From: Blastocladiella emersonii ATCC 22665
Lineage: Eukaryota; Fungi; Blastocladiomycota
DNA: 64,000 nucleotides
Reading direction: 5' to 3'
Assembly: GCA_025594325.1 (NCBI GenBank)
Contig: JANHCV010000002.1
Coordinates: forward strand, 124,001 to 188,000
The notes beneath the pieces are model-generated. The model saw nothing but the letters and a program-made list of their open reading frames with translations. It was not told the DNA's origin and did no database searches. The position numbers and the translations under genes were made by a program. Below are positions 32,201 through 43,850 of this stretch, in pieces (position 1 is the stretch's first letter; every line of letters begins with the position of its first letter).

Positions 32201-34162
32201 TGCAGGTTGGGGCCCTGGAGGAGCGGGTCGGGCTCGAACAGGTTGGTCGCGGCGGACTCGGGCGCCTGCTGCTGCTGCTGCTGCGACGACTGCGCCGGCG
32301 GCGGCGGGAGCGCCTGGCCCACGTCGTCGTCGTCGAGGTCGGCGAGAATGTCGTACGGCGCGTCCTCGTCGGTCCCGGCGGTCCCGCCCGTGCTCGAGTT
32401 GCCGGTCCCCGTGCAGTCGCGGATGACGGCGGGCGGAATGGCGATGCGGTCGAGGACGAACGGCGACTCGTCGCTCTGCTGCTGCTCGGCCTGGCTGTTG
32501 TTGGCGGCGAGGTGGAAGGAGCCGGTGCCGATGCCGTGGACGTCGGGCGTGGCGGGGTTGGTCGAGTTGGGGGTCGGGTAGATGGGTTGCCGGTGCTGCT
32601 GCTTGGCCTGGTTCGCGGCGGCGGCCGAGATGAGGGCAGCAGCCTGCGACATGGTGTCGGTCGACGACGACATGGCCATGGGGTATACTTGCTGCTGCTG
32701 CTGCTGGCCGCTCGATGGCGAAAAGTCTGCTCGTGCGAGTCATGCTGAGGTCAATAAAGGTGTCCATTAGGGTAGAAAAGAGCGGGGGAGCAGGGTGTAA
32801 AGTAGCAACGTGTCGACGGGCAGACACCTTGGTGCGCGAACTCGGAGGCGAGACGCTCGCTACTGATGGAGGACGGCGGCGGGGGATGTTCGAAAGCGTA
32901 CCGTAGATGGACCCGCCCGTTCCGATCTCGACGCCGCGACTTTGGGTCATGGTCATGAACTGGTTGTGCCGTAGTAGCCTGGAAGGATGGTTAGCTTCAA
33001 CGATGGTCGCAGCGACGAGAAGTGAGCACAAGCGTACTCTTCCATGGGCGACGGCAGCGTGATGTTGGCGAACCCCGAACCGTCAGCAGACGCCTTGTCA
33101 GTGATCTGCTGTGGCAAGGGCAGCGGCGACGAGAGCGACGACAGCTGCGACGCGGGGCTCTGGCGGTCGGCGCCCTCGTGGAGCAGGGCCGCATCGGGGA
33201 GCTGGAAGTTGAGCCCGTGCTGCTGCTGCTGTTGCTGCTGCTGGAGAATGAGCGACCCGTCGGCCGAGTAGTCGTGCGGGCTAGCGAGAGGGGAAGCGAA
33301 GCGAGGAGCGCGTGAGCACTGCAGGTCACGCGGACATGAACCCCAAGGGGTGCCGATTGGTTCCTCCAGCCGCGCTGCGCTGCGCGAAAGAAAAGCGAAA
33401 CGCCACACGAAGCGGCACGAAACGAAAAGCGAAGACATACATGTTCCACGCAGCCGTTCCGAGACCCGTGCCCGGGCCAAAGACGGGTGACGCGTGCGAG
33501 GCCGCAGCGGCCGCCGCGGTGGCCATCCACGACTCGGCGGCGTTGGCGGCGTCGGTGGCCGAGGGCGACCCGAACATGCGGTGGTACGTGATGCCGGGCG
33601 CGAGGACGCCGGGGACGCCAAAAAGGGCGGCGGCGTTGGCGCTGGCGGCGCGCGCCTGCTGGTTGTGCGCCGCGTTCATGGACAGGGCGGCGAGGCTCGG
33701 GGTGAGGAGCGAGGACGCGGGCCCGGCGGCGAAGGCGAGCTGCGTGGAAAGCGTCGGGTCCACGTCCATGGCCGAGTGCTGCTGCTGCGGGTACTGCTCG
33801 GTCTGCTGCTGCTGCTGCTGCTGCTGCCGGCTCTGCGCGTCGTAGTTGTGGTACTGGTAGACGACGGGCGACCCGACAAAGCCCGGTGCGCCGGCGGTGG
33901 CGAGGAAGTTGGGCGACGCGTAATCGGCGAGCGACACGGCGGCAAAGTCGTGCTGCTGGAGGTGCGGGTGCGAGTAGGTCGGGAGGAAGAGCGGGTCGGC
34001 GGCTGATGGCGGGGCGCCGTCGTTACCGCTGCCGGGCAAGGGCGCGAACGAGGCCGACGAGGCGGTTGGTGGCGGCGGGGGCAGCGGTGGTGGCGGGAGC
34101 GGCGGGGGCAGCGAGGGCGACATGGACGCGTGTTGCTGCTGCGGGTGCTCGTGTTGATGCAT
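29254..34162 (-). CDS. Large Gln/Ala/Ser-rich low-complexity protein with C-terminal CxxC clusters and basic NLS-like motifs (putative transcription regulator)
   Basis: Three in-phase GT-AG introns join MHQHEHPQQQ... (34162), PHDYSADG...SPMEE, LLRHNQF...SIY and ORF 29254..32679. The C-terminus has CPAC..CAAC..CASC..CKVC followed by RGRKRK and KRKRK. Confidence 0.7.
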
Positions 34163-36128
34163 GGTGTCGCAGCGGCGATGGGGTGGTGGTGAGGCGGGGA
34201 GAGAGAGGGCGGATGAGACGCGTCGAGTCGCGCGGGCACGCGCTGGGTGGAGAGGCGGTGATGGATGGATGAAAGGCGCGTGCAGCGGGCGCGCGCGAGC
34301 GAGTTGCTGGCGAGCCACCGGATGGGGAGGGCGAGATGAGCGGCGCGCGAGAAGAAGGAGCGCGACCACGGCGAGCACAAGGGTCGAGGTCAGTGGTAGT
34401 GGCGGAGTGGGAAGGGCGGAAGCGGAGCGAGGATCGGCGCGGCGCGCGGAAGGATGCTGAGCGCGCTTGGCGGAAGCAGGTGCAGGTGAAATAGCCGGCC
34501 GAGGGCGACGGGCGGGAATAAATAGACGAGCGGGTGGTCGGTCGCGCGGTCTGCTGCGGGCGACCAAGGGTGGGTGTGGCCTAGCAGAGCGTCGAGGGTC
34601 GGAGGTCGCGGAGGGGCAGATGAAGCGGGGAGGGAGGGAGGGGACGCGCGGCAGCGGGGAAGCGAGGCGTGAGTCGTTCGGCGCGGACAGGGGTTCTGGC
34701 GCGGAGGAAACACGGGTGGCACAACACGGTCACCTGCACACTGCAGGGCGCTGCAGCAGGCGGCAGGAGGGGGGCAAGCGTACCGCGAAACGTGTTGAGG
34801 CGCGTCGCGAGGACCAGCGAGCCAAAGTGAAGCGGGGGGAGGGAGGGAGGGAGGGCGGGCGAGCCGGGTTCAAAAAGGGTGGGGAAGAGGAGGGAGGGCG
34901 GAGGGCAGTTCTACAAGCACGGCCGACCAGAGCAGAGGAGGGAAGGAGACAAGCGAGCGTGAGCACACGGGCGCACGAGCGAGCAAGAGACACGTCGGGC
35001 GCGCGGGAGGAGGGCAATAACGCCGAGATTTGGAGAATGGGACGGCCATGAACGGCACCGCGAGGCGGCCGGGGCCCACATGGCGCCGCGCGCCGCGCGA
35101 AGAGGCTCATGGCCGACACCGACGACGGCAAGCGGGCGCGGGCTCGCAAGCGCGTGAGTGGGAACGCAGCGGATCACCACCAACCCCGGTCGGCGCCGTG
35201 CGGGCGCGAGACCAGGTGCGAGACGAGCGGGCGCGGGTCACCGGTCGGGACCTCGAGCTGGGGCCAGCGAGGGCCGCGAGCGCGGTCCCGGAACGGCACC
35301 CGGCCGGCGCCAACGGCGGTCGAGACTGGCACTGCGAGACACGGCGCGGCGGCGCGACTGAGCCACCCGCGGAGTTGGGGGAGGAGTTCAGGAGGCGATC
35401 GGTGTCTCGTCGTGTGCGCATCTCGGCGACCATGCATCCGCTCATCCATCCAAGCATGGGCTCGAGGGTGGAGGGAACACGCGGAAGAGGGAAGGGCGGC
35501 GCCGCGAACACACGAGGGAGCGCTCGGCACACACGCTTACGTACACGGAGCGCAGGGAGCGGGGCCGGCGGGGCCGGGGCGCGTCAGCATGCGGGGCGGG
35601 GGAGCGGTCCGGGTCACGGCGCGCGATCGATGCGCGCGGTGGGGTATCCTGGGGACGATGAGACACTGCACCGGGGCGGCGTGCGGAGAGAGAGGACCGC
35701 GCGCGGCGGGCCGGGCACGCCCCCCGTGCGGTCTCACCGCCGTCTTTGCGGGCCCCGCCTGCCGCAAGCAGCCCGTGGTTGTCGCGGTTGGTGGCCCGGC
35801 GTGACGCGCGCCCGCATCATCGTGAGTCGGTGCCGCCGCTTTTCATGCGCCCGTGCCGCGCCGTGCGCAGCAGCCGCCGACCGCGGGGGCGAGACCGCGA
35901 CACGTCAATCGACGCGTCGCGCCGCGGCCCAATGAGCGGCGCCGGCCCACGTGATGCGTTCCGCGAGGTTTTGGGCTGCTCTCGCGGTCGTTGCGCTTTG
36001 AGGCCCCCGCTCTCCGTTGGTCCGCACGCCGCGCTACCGCTCACTCGCTGCAATGGAAACACTGATGCATCTATTCCGCCGCCGCCCTGTCGTTGTGCCG
36101 TAGCGACCCGCCGACCAATCGCACAACC

Positions 36129-36737
36129 ATGCCCGTGTCCTTCCACGAGTACGAGGGCGAGCACCTGCTCCCCGAGATCGCCGCCATGATCGAGGCCGAG
36201 CTCAGCGAGCCCTACTCGGTCTACACGTACCGCTACTTTTTGCAGGCCTGGCCGCAGCTGACGCTTCTGGTGCGTGCTTCCGCGAGCGCGCGCCCTCCCC
36301 ACCCTCGTCCCCTCGCTCACCACCCGCCAACTAGTGCCGTGACGACGACACCAACGAGTGCATCGGCGTCATCGTGTGCAAAATGGACCCGCGCAAGGGC
36401 GGCGGCCGCCGCGGCTACATTGGCATGCTCGCCGTCGCGCGCTCGCACCGCAAGCACGGCCTCGGCACCCAGCTCGTCCAGCGCGCCATTTCCCGCATGA
36501 AGGACCTCGGCGCCGACGAGATCGCCCTCGAGGCCGAGTCCACCAACCACGGCGCGCTCCGCCTCTACGAGAACCTCGGCTTCCTCCGCGACAAGCGCCT
36601 CACCCGCTACTACCTCTCGGGCAACGACGCTTTCCGCCTCAAGGTACGCTCGCTCGCTTTCTGTCGCATCGACACAGGGACTGACTCGCTACGTCGGCGT
36701 GCAGCTCTGGCTCCACCCACAAGACCAGCAGCTCTAG
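36129..36737 (+). CDS. NAA30: N-terminal acetyltransferase C catalytic subunit
   Basis: ELSEPYSVYTYRYF, GVIVCKMD, RGYIGMLAV...RKHGLGTQLV, EIALEAESTNHGALRLYENLGFLRDKRLTRYYLSGNDAFRLK; two introns; last exon LWLHPQDQQL*. Confidence 0.95.
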
Positions 36738-36824
36738 ATCAAACTGTGTGTGCATGAAGCATATATGAAGCGTGCAAGTGGTTCGTGTGTCATGTGGGAG
36801 TGGTGAGTGTGAGGCGAGGAAGAG

Positions 36825-36878
36825 GAGGACGAGGACGAGGACGAGGACGGGGACGAGGACGAGGACGAGGACGAGGAC
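36825..36878. repeat. (GAGGAC)n hexanucleotide microsatellite, about 9 units
   Basis: Directly visible between the convergent 3' ends of NAA30 and the next gene. Confidence 0.95.
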
Positions 36879-36905
36879 GGGAAACGACAACAGCATCGCC
36901 ACAAC

Positions 36906-37428
36906 TCAGATCCGACGCCAGTTCTGCGCGCCCTGCGGCACGGGGAACTCCTTGCCGCGCTTGCCCGCGTACCGGACCAGCGCCGCCTTGACCGCCGTGA
37001 CGCTGGTCGGCGCGTTGGCCGCGTACTCGCGCCCGCGCACCTGCCACGCCTGCCCGACGTGCCACTCGGGCTTGCCGCCCGCCGCCGCCGCCACCGTCGC
37101 CTTGAGCTCGACCACGTCGTTGGGCTGCTGCCACGACCACTTGCCGCGCGTCCCGGCCTCGGGGCACGGCGCCGCCACGCACACCGTCTTGGTGGTCGTC
37201 GCGAACGTGCCGTTGGCGAAGAAGGTGATGGTCTGCGACAACGACACGGCGTACGTCGCGGGGACCGGGAAGTCGGTGGCTACAACACGGTGTGATCGTT
37301 GTGTCAGTCAGGCTCATGCGGTTGAGCGATGGCTGAGGGGGAGCGTGCGGACCAGGGCGGATCGCCGCGGCAGCGGCCAACGACACGAGCGCGACGAGGA
37401 CGAGAAGGAGAGCGGCGGTCGAGTGCAT
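36906..37428 (-). CDS. Small secreted protein of unknown function
   Basis: Signal peptide MHSTAALLLVLVALVSLAAAAAI; one intron (about 37280-37325); beta-rich mature region with CVAAPC; TATAAA about 90 nt upstream (near 37515). Confidence 0.7.
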
Positions 37429-38743
37429 GGCGATGAGTGGGTGCTTGAGGTCTTGAGTTGAGCGAGTGTTCAGGTTGGGTAGCAACGGATGGCGTGGGGA
37501 GGACGCGTCGAGCTTTATACACGGTTCGGGCAGGTGCGCGTGAAACAAGCAAGCGGCGGAGTTGACGCGTCGCGCCACCTGCCCCGCGCAACGCGACGCG
37601 TGGAAACCAGTTGAACAAGGGCATCGTCTCCCTCATGCCGCGGTAAACAAGAATATGACCGCAGCTGCTCGCCAACAACGGCTCCCGCCTGGACGCGCGG
37701 CCCGTGCGCATGGGCCTCCGCGCGAACTCGCGCTTCGGACAAGAACGACGTCTCTCATCACTCTCACTGTCGGCGGAGAGCACAGCGACCGATTGCCATC
37801 ATCGCCGCGGACAAGAACGATCCATGTAGCGAGTGGACACGTTGCGCAATCCTGGCCTCCCCCCGAATCCTGAATGGCTGGCGCGTCCACGCGACCTGCG
37901 CCGCCGCCAGCCTGCGGGCGCCGCCGGGACCTGCCACCCATTTCGCCTCGCCGCTCGTGGAACGCGGCAGGCGCGCGGAAGCGAGGCCTGAAATTTCGGC
38001 CCTCGCTTTGCGGGGAGTCGCGAGTTCGGCTCTTGTCGAGAGGCGTGGCAGGTCGCTTGCGTTGCGGTCCTGCGCGTCGCGTGACGCGCCCAGCCTTCCA
38101 GAATTCGGGGGGAGGCCCAAATTTCGCAACGTGTCAAGTTGCAACCGGTCGCGCGCGGCCCAGTGGTGGATTCGCTGACAGGAGCGGGGCGGGAGGTTGA
38201 TCGCGTCGCGAGAGTCAAGCCACAACCGTCACGTGCGGATGAGCGTCGCGTCTCCCACCGCGGCCTTCGCAGTGTCGAGCGTCACCGGTCCTCTGCACGT
38301 CTCTAGCCCGTGAACACCCAAATCAAGTACGATTTGCGCATTGAACACGCAGTACTGGTACAATGGCTCGAAATGGTGCGACCGACCCCAAGCCATGTGT
38401 ACGAAGTGTTCGATCGGATTACGATCACGCCGGAGGCTTCCCCGGGCAAACCAGGTGGTGCAAGTGGGCGCGCGAGAGGCAATGACGAGCGGCCAATGGG
38501 AGATTTGCGCGACCTGCTTCTCACAGCGGGGCCCGATTCCCACGGTCCGTCGGCTCGCAGTTCGCGTTCCCTGACCTCCGATGGTCCGAGAGGGGCCTCC
38601 GTTTTAAGTCACCTTCTCCCCCGCGCTGTTCGGTAGTCTCGCCCGTTGGACAAGCAGATCCACGGCGTACACATCCAACGTACGCAATCCAACCACGTCA
38701 AAAACAAACGATGCAAGGCTCATGCTAGATCACGGTCATGTAG

Positions 38744-40279
38744 ATGCGCGTGTCGCTCCTTCCTGTCGTTATCGTCGCACTGTGGCTCGTCGTGCTTCCG
38801 TTTGTCGCGTCAGCGGCTGCCAAGGGCCCCCAGTACAAGTCGCTCCACGACGCGCCGTCCAGGCAGTGCAACAATGACATTGGGCTTCCGCTTCGCTGGT
38901 TCCTCGAGTTCTCGGGTCCGGACACCCAGGTCGGGTACACGGTGACGTGGGCCAGCGACGAGCTGGCATACAACTTCATTCCGCAGCAGTTTATCGAGCG
39001 CCGCAACGTCCGCGCGGACTTGGGCCGCGGCACGCTTCTCGGCCGTGGCTGGGGCATCCACCCGACCGCGTTCAGCCAGTGGCTCGGGCAGGTATCGGTC
39101 GAGCTGTCGGTGCGCGCGGCGGTGAGTCCGCCGACCAAGGCGACCAGCGCGGCGCAGACGCTCATCGACGCGCTCGCGCAGCTCTTCTCGCGCGCCACGT
39201 ACGCGTCGGTCCGCGACGAGCTGCCCAGCTACGCGAACAGCACCGACGATGCCGTCACGCCCATCGCGCAGCTCGCGAACAAGGTGGTCGCCAACTTCCC
39301 GCTCGACTACGCGTACACGTCCAAGTACTGGCCGTGGGACCCGGCGCGCAACTCGACGCTCGAGGCCATGGTACTCGTCCGCACCGAGACGGCCAAGGCC
39401 GCGGCCAAGCTCACGGGGCTCGGCGCCACGTCCGCGGCCTACGCCAAGATCTCGCCCGAGCTCGACACGTTCCTGCGCAGCAGCACCAGCACGTCGGTCC
39501 CGATCGTCAAGTTCGCGGCCAATACGGCTGCCTTCATCAAGTCGGTCGTCAACCGCACGCTGCTCACCAACGACCGCTTCATTCGCTTCACCATGACCAC
39601 GTCCAAGCAGGTCGACCGGATCCAGACTGGGGCGGGCGTCGTGCGGTGGCTTGAGGGGCCGTATACGAGCTTCTTCGCGTACGTGTCCAACGAGACGCCC
39701 AAGTTCTCGGCCGCGCAGAACTGCAGCGTCACGGGCCCCTCGGCCAAGTTCTACGTGTCAGCCAACAAGGCCGCGCCCACCACGCTGTTCCACACGGCCA
39801 ACTCGACCGACCTTGCGCCCCTCTTCTCGGACGGCGGCGTCTGCGAGATCAAGAAGCCGTTCCCGACCACCAAGGCGCAGGTCGTCGCCAACAACAAGTT
39901 CCTCGCCGGAGTTCGCGACTCGTTTGGGAGCCCGAGCACGGACACGATCGTTAACGGCAAGGTCGAGTTCGAGGCCCGCGCGAGCGCCAAATGCTCGCTG
40001 CCGCTGATGCCGTTCTACGTCGCCGAGCCCGTGACTTGCATGCAGTACTCGGGCCAGGACCTCGACAACTATTACGGCCTCAAGGCGTCGCGCGGGGATG
40101 CGTTCGAGGCCCTGCTCGATGACGCCGCGGCCGCGTTCGCGACCCAGGACTCATTCGAGGACGGGCTCGCTGACTTCTCGATCGCGGCTGACGGATTCGA
40201 GGACGCGGCGTTCGCGCTCGGCGGCCAGGCGCTGGTCCAGGACACGCTCGACGCGGGGCTCGTTTACATTGACTACTAG
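38744..40279 (+). CDS. Secreted protein of unknown function (511 aa, intronless)
   Basis: Signal peptide MRVSLLPVVIVALWLVVLPFVASAAA; strong coding bias; several N-x-S/T sequons; acidic Asp/Phe/Ala-rich tail. Confidence 0.85.
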   Translation: MRVSLLPVVIVALWLVVLPFVASAAAKGPQYKSLHDAPSRQCNNDIGLPLRWFLEFSGPDTQVGYTVTWASDELAYNFIPQQFIERRNVRADLGRGTLLGRGWGIHPTAFSQWLGQVSVELSVRAAVSPPTKATSAAQTLIDALAQLFSRATYASVRDELPSYANSTDDAVTPIAQLANKVVANFPLDYAYTSKYWPWDPARNSTLEAMVLVRTETAKAAAKLTGLGATSAAYAKISPELDTFLRSSTSTSVPIVKFAANTAAFIKSVVNRTLLTNDRFIRFTMTTSKQVDRIQTGAGVVRWLEGPYTSFFAYVSNETPKFSAAQNCSVTGPSAKFYVSANKAAPTTLFHTANSTDLAPLFSDGGVCEIKKPFPTTKAQVVANNKFLAGVRDSFGSPSTDTIVNGKVEFEARASAKCSLPLMPFYVAEPVTCMQYSGQDLDNYYGLKASRGDAFEALLDDAAAAFATQDSFEDGLADFSIAADGFEDAAFALGGQALVQDTLDAGLVYIDY

Positions 40280-41951
40280 TTTCATTCTTCCCAACTGCCC
40301 GTCACTTCCTGTTGTCGTCACTCCTCTCGCGGAGCGCCCTGTCATTGCAATATAAGCCGATCGTTCCCATACCATACTCGCTGTGGATCAGAAAAGTTGT
40401 TCGTGACAGTCGCGAATCGAGAGATCAGACCATATTGCGCTGTATCTCGTAATCCTCATCCTCCTCCGTACTGGCTGAATGGTAGCAGTTTCCACCGCCA
40501 GAGTCAAGAACGGTACACGCGCGAGGCCAATCTTTGTCGTAGCAAACCGGTCACTGTACCGCTGTTCGTCCAGCTGGCCAAGCTCGCTCTCACTGGCGGT
40601 ACGCGTAACACGCTGCCGCTTCGACTGGGCGGCACCGGACTAGGCCGCAGGCCCTATATAGCAAGCAAGAAACCGTTACGACCGTGGGAGCAAGAATCGC
40701 CCGTCTCAAGCCGCGTGCGCTTGCTGCGGTCGCTCGTGCGGGGCGGCGAGTCGGACATCACGAAGCAGGACTACGCGACACGAAGAAAGCCCACATCAGA
40801 CATAAGTTGCATTGTAAAGCGCATTGCATCAGGTTACGTGTAGTCAAGCTTACATTCAGCGTTTCCTGGGAGAGAGAGGTGGGGACGCAGCAGAGCTTCG
40901 TTCACCCGTGCACCACTCGCGTGAATGCGTCACCTGTGCTGGAACGTGCTCCGTCATCACGACTGCCATCATGACGTTGTTTCGCAAAAAGGGGGCACGG
41001 CAAGCACCGCTCGGGACTCGTTGCCGCGCCAGCCTGCTTCGAGCTGTGCCGTGAGGTCATGTTGACCGCAGTCTCGTCACGTCGGCGTCGACACACGTTC
41101 CGCGGAACCCTCCGACAGTGATGCGCACCTCGTACGCCGTGTCGGTGGTGCGCGCGCCGCACGAGTGCGACGGGGCGTCAACGACGGGCATTACGGTTAA
41201 GGTCCCCGACGGCGCGTCGTCGATCAAGCCGCATGACGTGGAACAATGGGCCCGCCATCTTGACCAGCAGTACGCTGATATGGGCTTCAGTGGTTACGGC
41301 CGACACGGTCACCCGCGTCGTGAAAGATGCGTGCGGTAGCAAGACCAAGGGTAGAGGGTATGCGGTCAGCGAGAGCTAGGACACGATTGTCGGCTAGTAG
41401 AAGTATGAGGATCGAGCCAAAGTAGCAACGCAGCCGCCAATGTGAGCGACACAAAATATGAAGGCCAAAGTAGCAACATAGCGCTGTCAGAACGATTCGG
41501 CTCCACGGCGCGCCCAAGGAATGGGAGGGCGGCCAAGATCCTCGATGGCACGGCGAGCGCACGAAGGCGCCCGCAGCGTGCCCGCCTCCCTTTTCGGAGC
41601 CGAATCCATGCATCGTCTTCCAGCGTTCGTATGGTGTCTTGTGTGAGAAACACAAGGTAGATATCTCCTAGATACAAGATCCTAAGAGTAAAGTCGATGG
41701 TGAGCAAAAGAGGAGGGCGAGGGCGCGCGGGTTTATATACTCCCGCGGACCGGGAACGGCGCGCGGCGGCACGGCACGGCGGGCAGGGACAGGGCCAGCG
41801 GGGTGGCGCAGCACGGCGCGCGCGAGACGGATTTGCGTTCGAGGTCATCCGCGGTCAGGTGGCCCGTTGGTGGCGCCGCCGAGGACTCTGGCGTCGACGC
41901 GCCGCCGATCCAAGGACCCGCTCGTTCCCGCCCCCCTGCCCCATCACTTCA

Positions 41952-43734
41952 ATGCAACACATAACCATGGAGCACGAGTATTCGCAAGATGTGGATCCGA
42001 CCGAGCTGTCCATCTTCCCCTTCACGCCTAAACCATTGACGTTGACAGTGAGTGGGACCCTCTCGAATGCCGAGTCGCCCGCGGCGCGTGCTCACCACCG
42101 GCGTCATCTAGCTCAAGTACCGCGAGGTACCCGTGGAGGCGGGCTCCGATGCGCCCCCGCGCAAGCTGGCGTACTTTGACGAGTTCTCGCCCGACTTCGC
42201 GGCCGATGCGACGGGGCTCGAGGCCGACCTGGAGGCCATGGTCGCCTTCTACGCCAACCTGTCGGTCGCGCCCAAGCCCGCGGCTGAGCCGATGCCGCCA
42301 CCCGCTGCCCTCCCGCGCAAGGGTGTCCGCACCATGGCATCTTCATCGAGCAATAAGGGCAAGGGCAAGGGCCGGCCGGCGTCAACAGCGCTCCCACCCG
42401 CCACGACCGACCCGAAGCGCCAGAAGACGACGACCGAGGCGCCCGTCTTTGCCTCGCAGGGTGGGCGGTCGTCGCCCATGGACGTCGACCCAGAAGAGAG
42501 ACACAGTACGGTGTGCTTGCCCGTCGCTCAACCGGCGCCGAGTCTTACTTGGTTCCGTGTCATGTAGCGTACGAGTCCTTCCTCGCCGAGCTCAACAAGG
42601 ACCCGAGCGGACTCGTAAAACTGGACGCGCAGCCCACGGACCCGTTCCCGACGGCGCGGTACCAGTACGCGACCGAGCTCGTGTACTCGGACCAGGTGAC
42701 GCCGCCCGACCTGACGGCGGTGGTGTCGTGCGACTGCCGCAAGGGCGAGACGTGCGTCGCGCCGCCGCCGTACAAGCTGACCAAGGGAGGGCGCGGGAAC
42801 GGGCCGGGCAAGCGGCCGCCGATCGCGACGTGCAGCCACAGCGACAACGAGCCCGCGAGCTACACGGCCGACGGCCTGCTGCAGGAGTTGGTGCAGACGC
42901 GCGTCGACGCGCCCGACGCGGTCAAGTCGTTTGAGGTCATCGAGTGCAACAAGAACTGCCTGTGCGACATGCGGTGTCCGAACCGCGTGTCGCAGCGCGG
43001 CGTGCAGTTCGAGCTCATCGTGCGCCACGTCCCCGGAAAGGGCCTGGGCGTGTTCGCGGGGTCCGATATCCCCAAGGGCGCGTTCGTGGCCGAGTACCTC
43101 GGCGAGGTGCTCAACGAGGAGCAGGTCGAGGCGCGGTGCGAGGTCGGCATGACCTACTTCTTCGATATGGACTTTTACACGGCGTCGCTGCCGGACGAGG
43201 AGCGCGAGGAGATGGCCCAGTCCATGCCGCCGCTCGCCATCGATGCGCGGTACTGCGGCAGCGTCGCGCGCTTCTTCAACCACTCGTACGTTCACTTTCG
43301 CGCGAGCGTTCCTCGTGGTCTCACCCCCTTCCATCGCGCGCCCGTCGTCGTCGTCGTGTAGTTGCAGCCCGAACCTGTGCGTCGGCGTGATCCGGTACGA
43401 CACGCTAAACCCCAACTTCCACCGGATCGGGTTCTACGCGCGCAAGGACGTGCGCAAGGGCGACGAGCTGACCTTCGACTACCAGGGCGGCGGCGACGCG
43501 GCCGCGGCCAAGTCGGCGGCCCCACAGCGCCGCGGAAACCGGCGTCGGCGCGGCGGCGGCAAGTCGGCGGGGGCCAAGCGGCCCGGGTCGCGGTCGAGCT
43601 CGCGCAACGCGGCCACGCCGTCGCCGACCAACATGGGCGGCGCGTCCGAGGGCGACACGGCGTCGGGCGGCAGCTTCCAGTCGTTTGCGTGCGAGTGCCG
43701 GTCGACCAACTGCCGCGGGACCATCTTTCAGTAG
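41952..43734 (+). CDS. Suv39/Clr4/DIM-5-type SET-domain histone methyltransferase (pre-SET, SET, post-SET)
   Basis: Pre-SET CDC...ECNKNCLCDMRCPNRVSQ; SET GLGVFAGSDIPKGAFVAEYLGE, IDARYCGSVARFFNHS|C, ELTFDY; post-SET CECRSTNCRGTIF; three introns. Confidence 0.9.
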
Positions 43735-43850
43735 TCGCAGAATACACTCGTTTGCCTTGGTCGCTAGACCTGTGTGTCGTCGCTGTGGCGACCTGTGTGG
43801 CGACCCGTCCTCCCGCCCAACCTCCTCTCCCTCCTCCTTGCCTCGACACC

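Noticed and set aside
34200-36100. Hidden gene in the long GA/CG-rich interval (ORFs 34467..35051, 35030..35935, 35109..35804)
   Set aside because: No coding bias or motifs; consistent with divergent promoter and 5' UTR sequence of the two flanking genes.
36825-36878. CRISPR-like or coding repeat
   Set aside because: It is a simple hexamer microsatellite with no spacers, in a eukaryotic inter-3' region.
38230-38580. RNase P/MRP RNA or snRNA
   Set aside because: GGGGAAGCCTCCGG on the minus strand loosely resembles the CR-I motif, but I found no matching CR-V/P4 partner and no snRNA signature.
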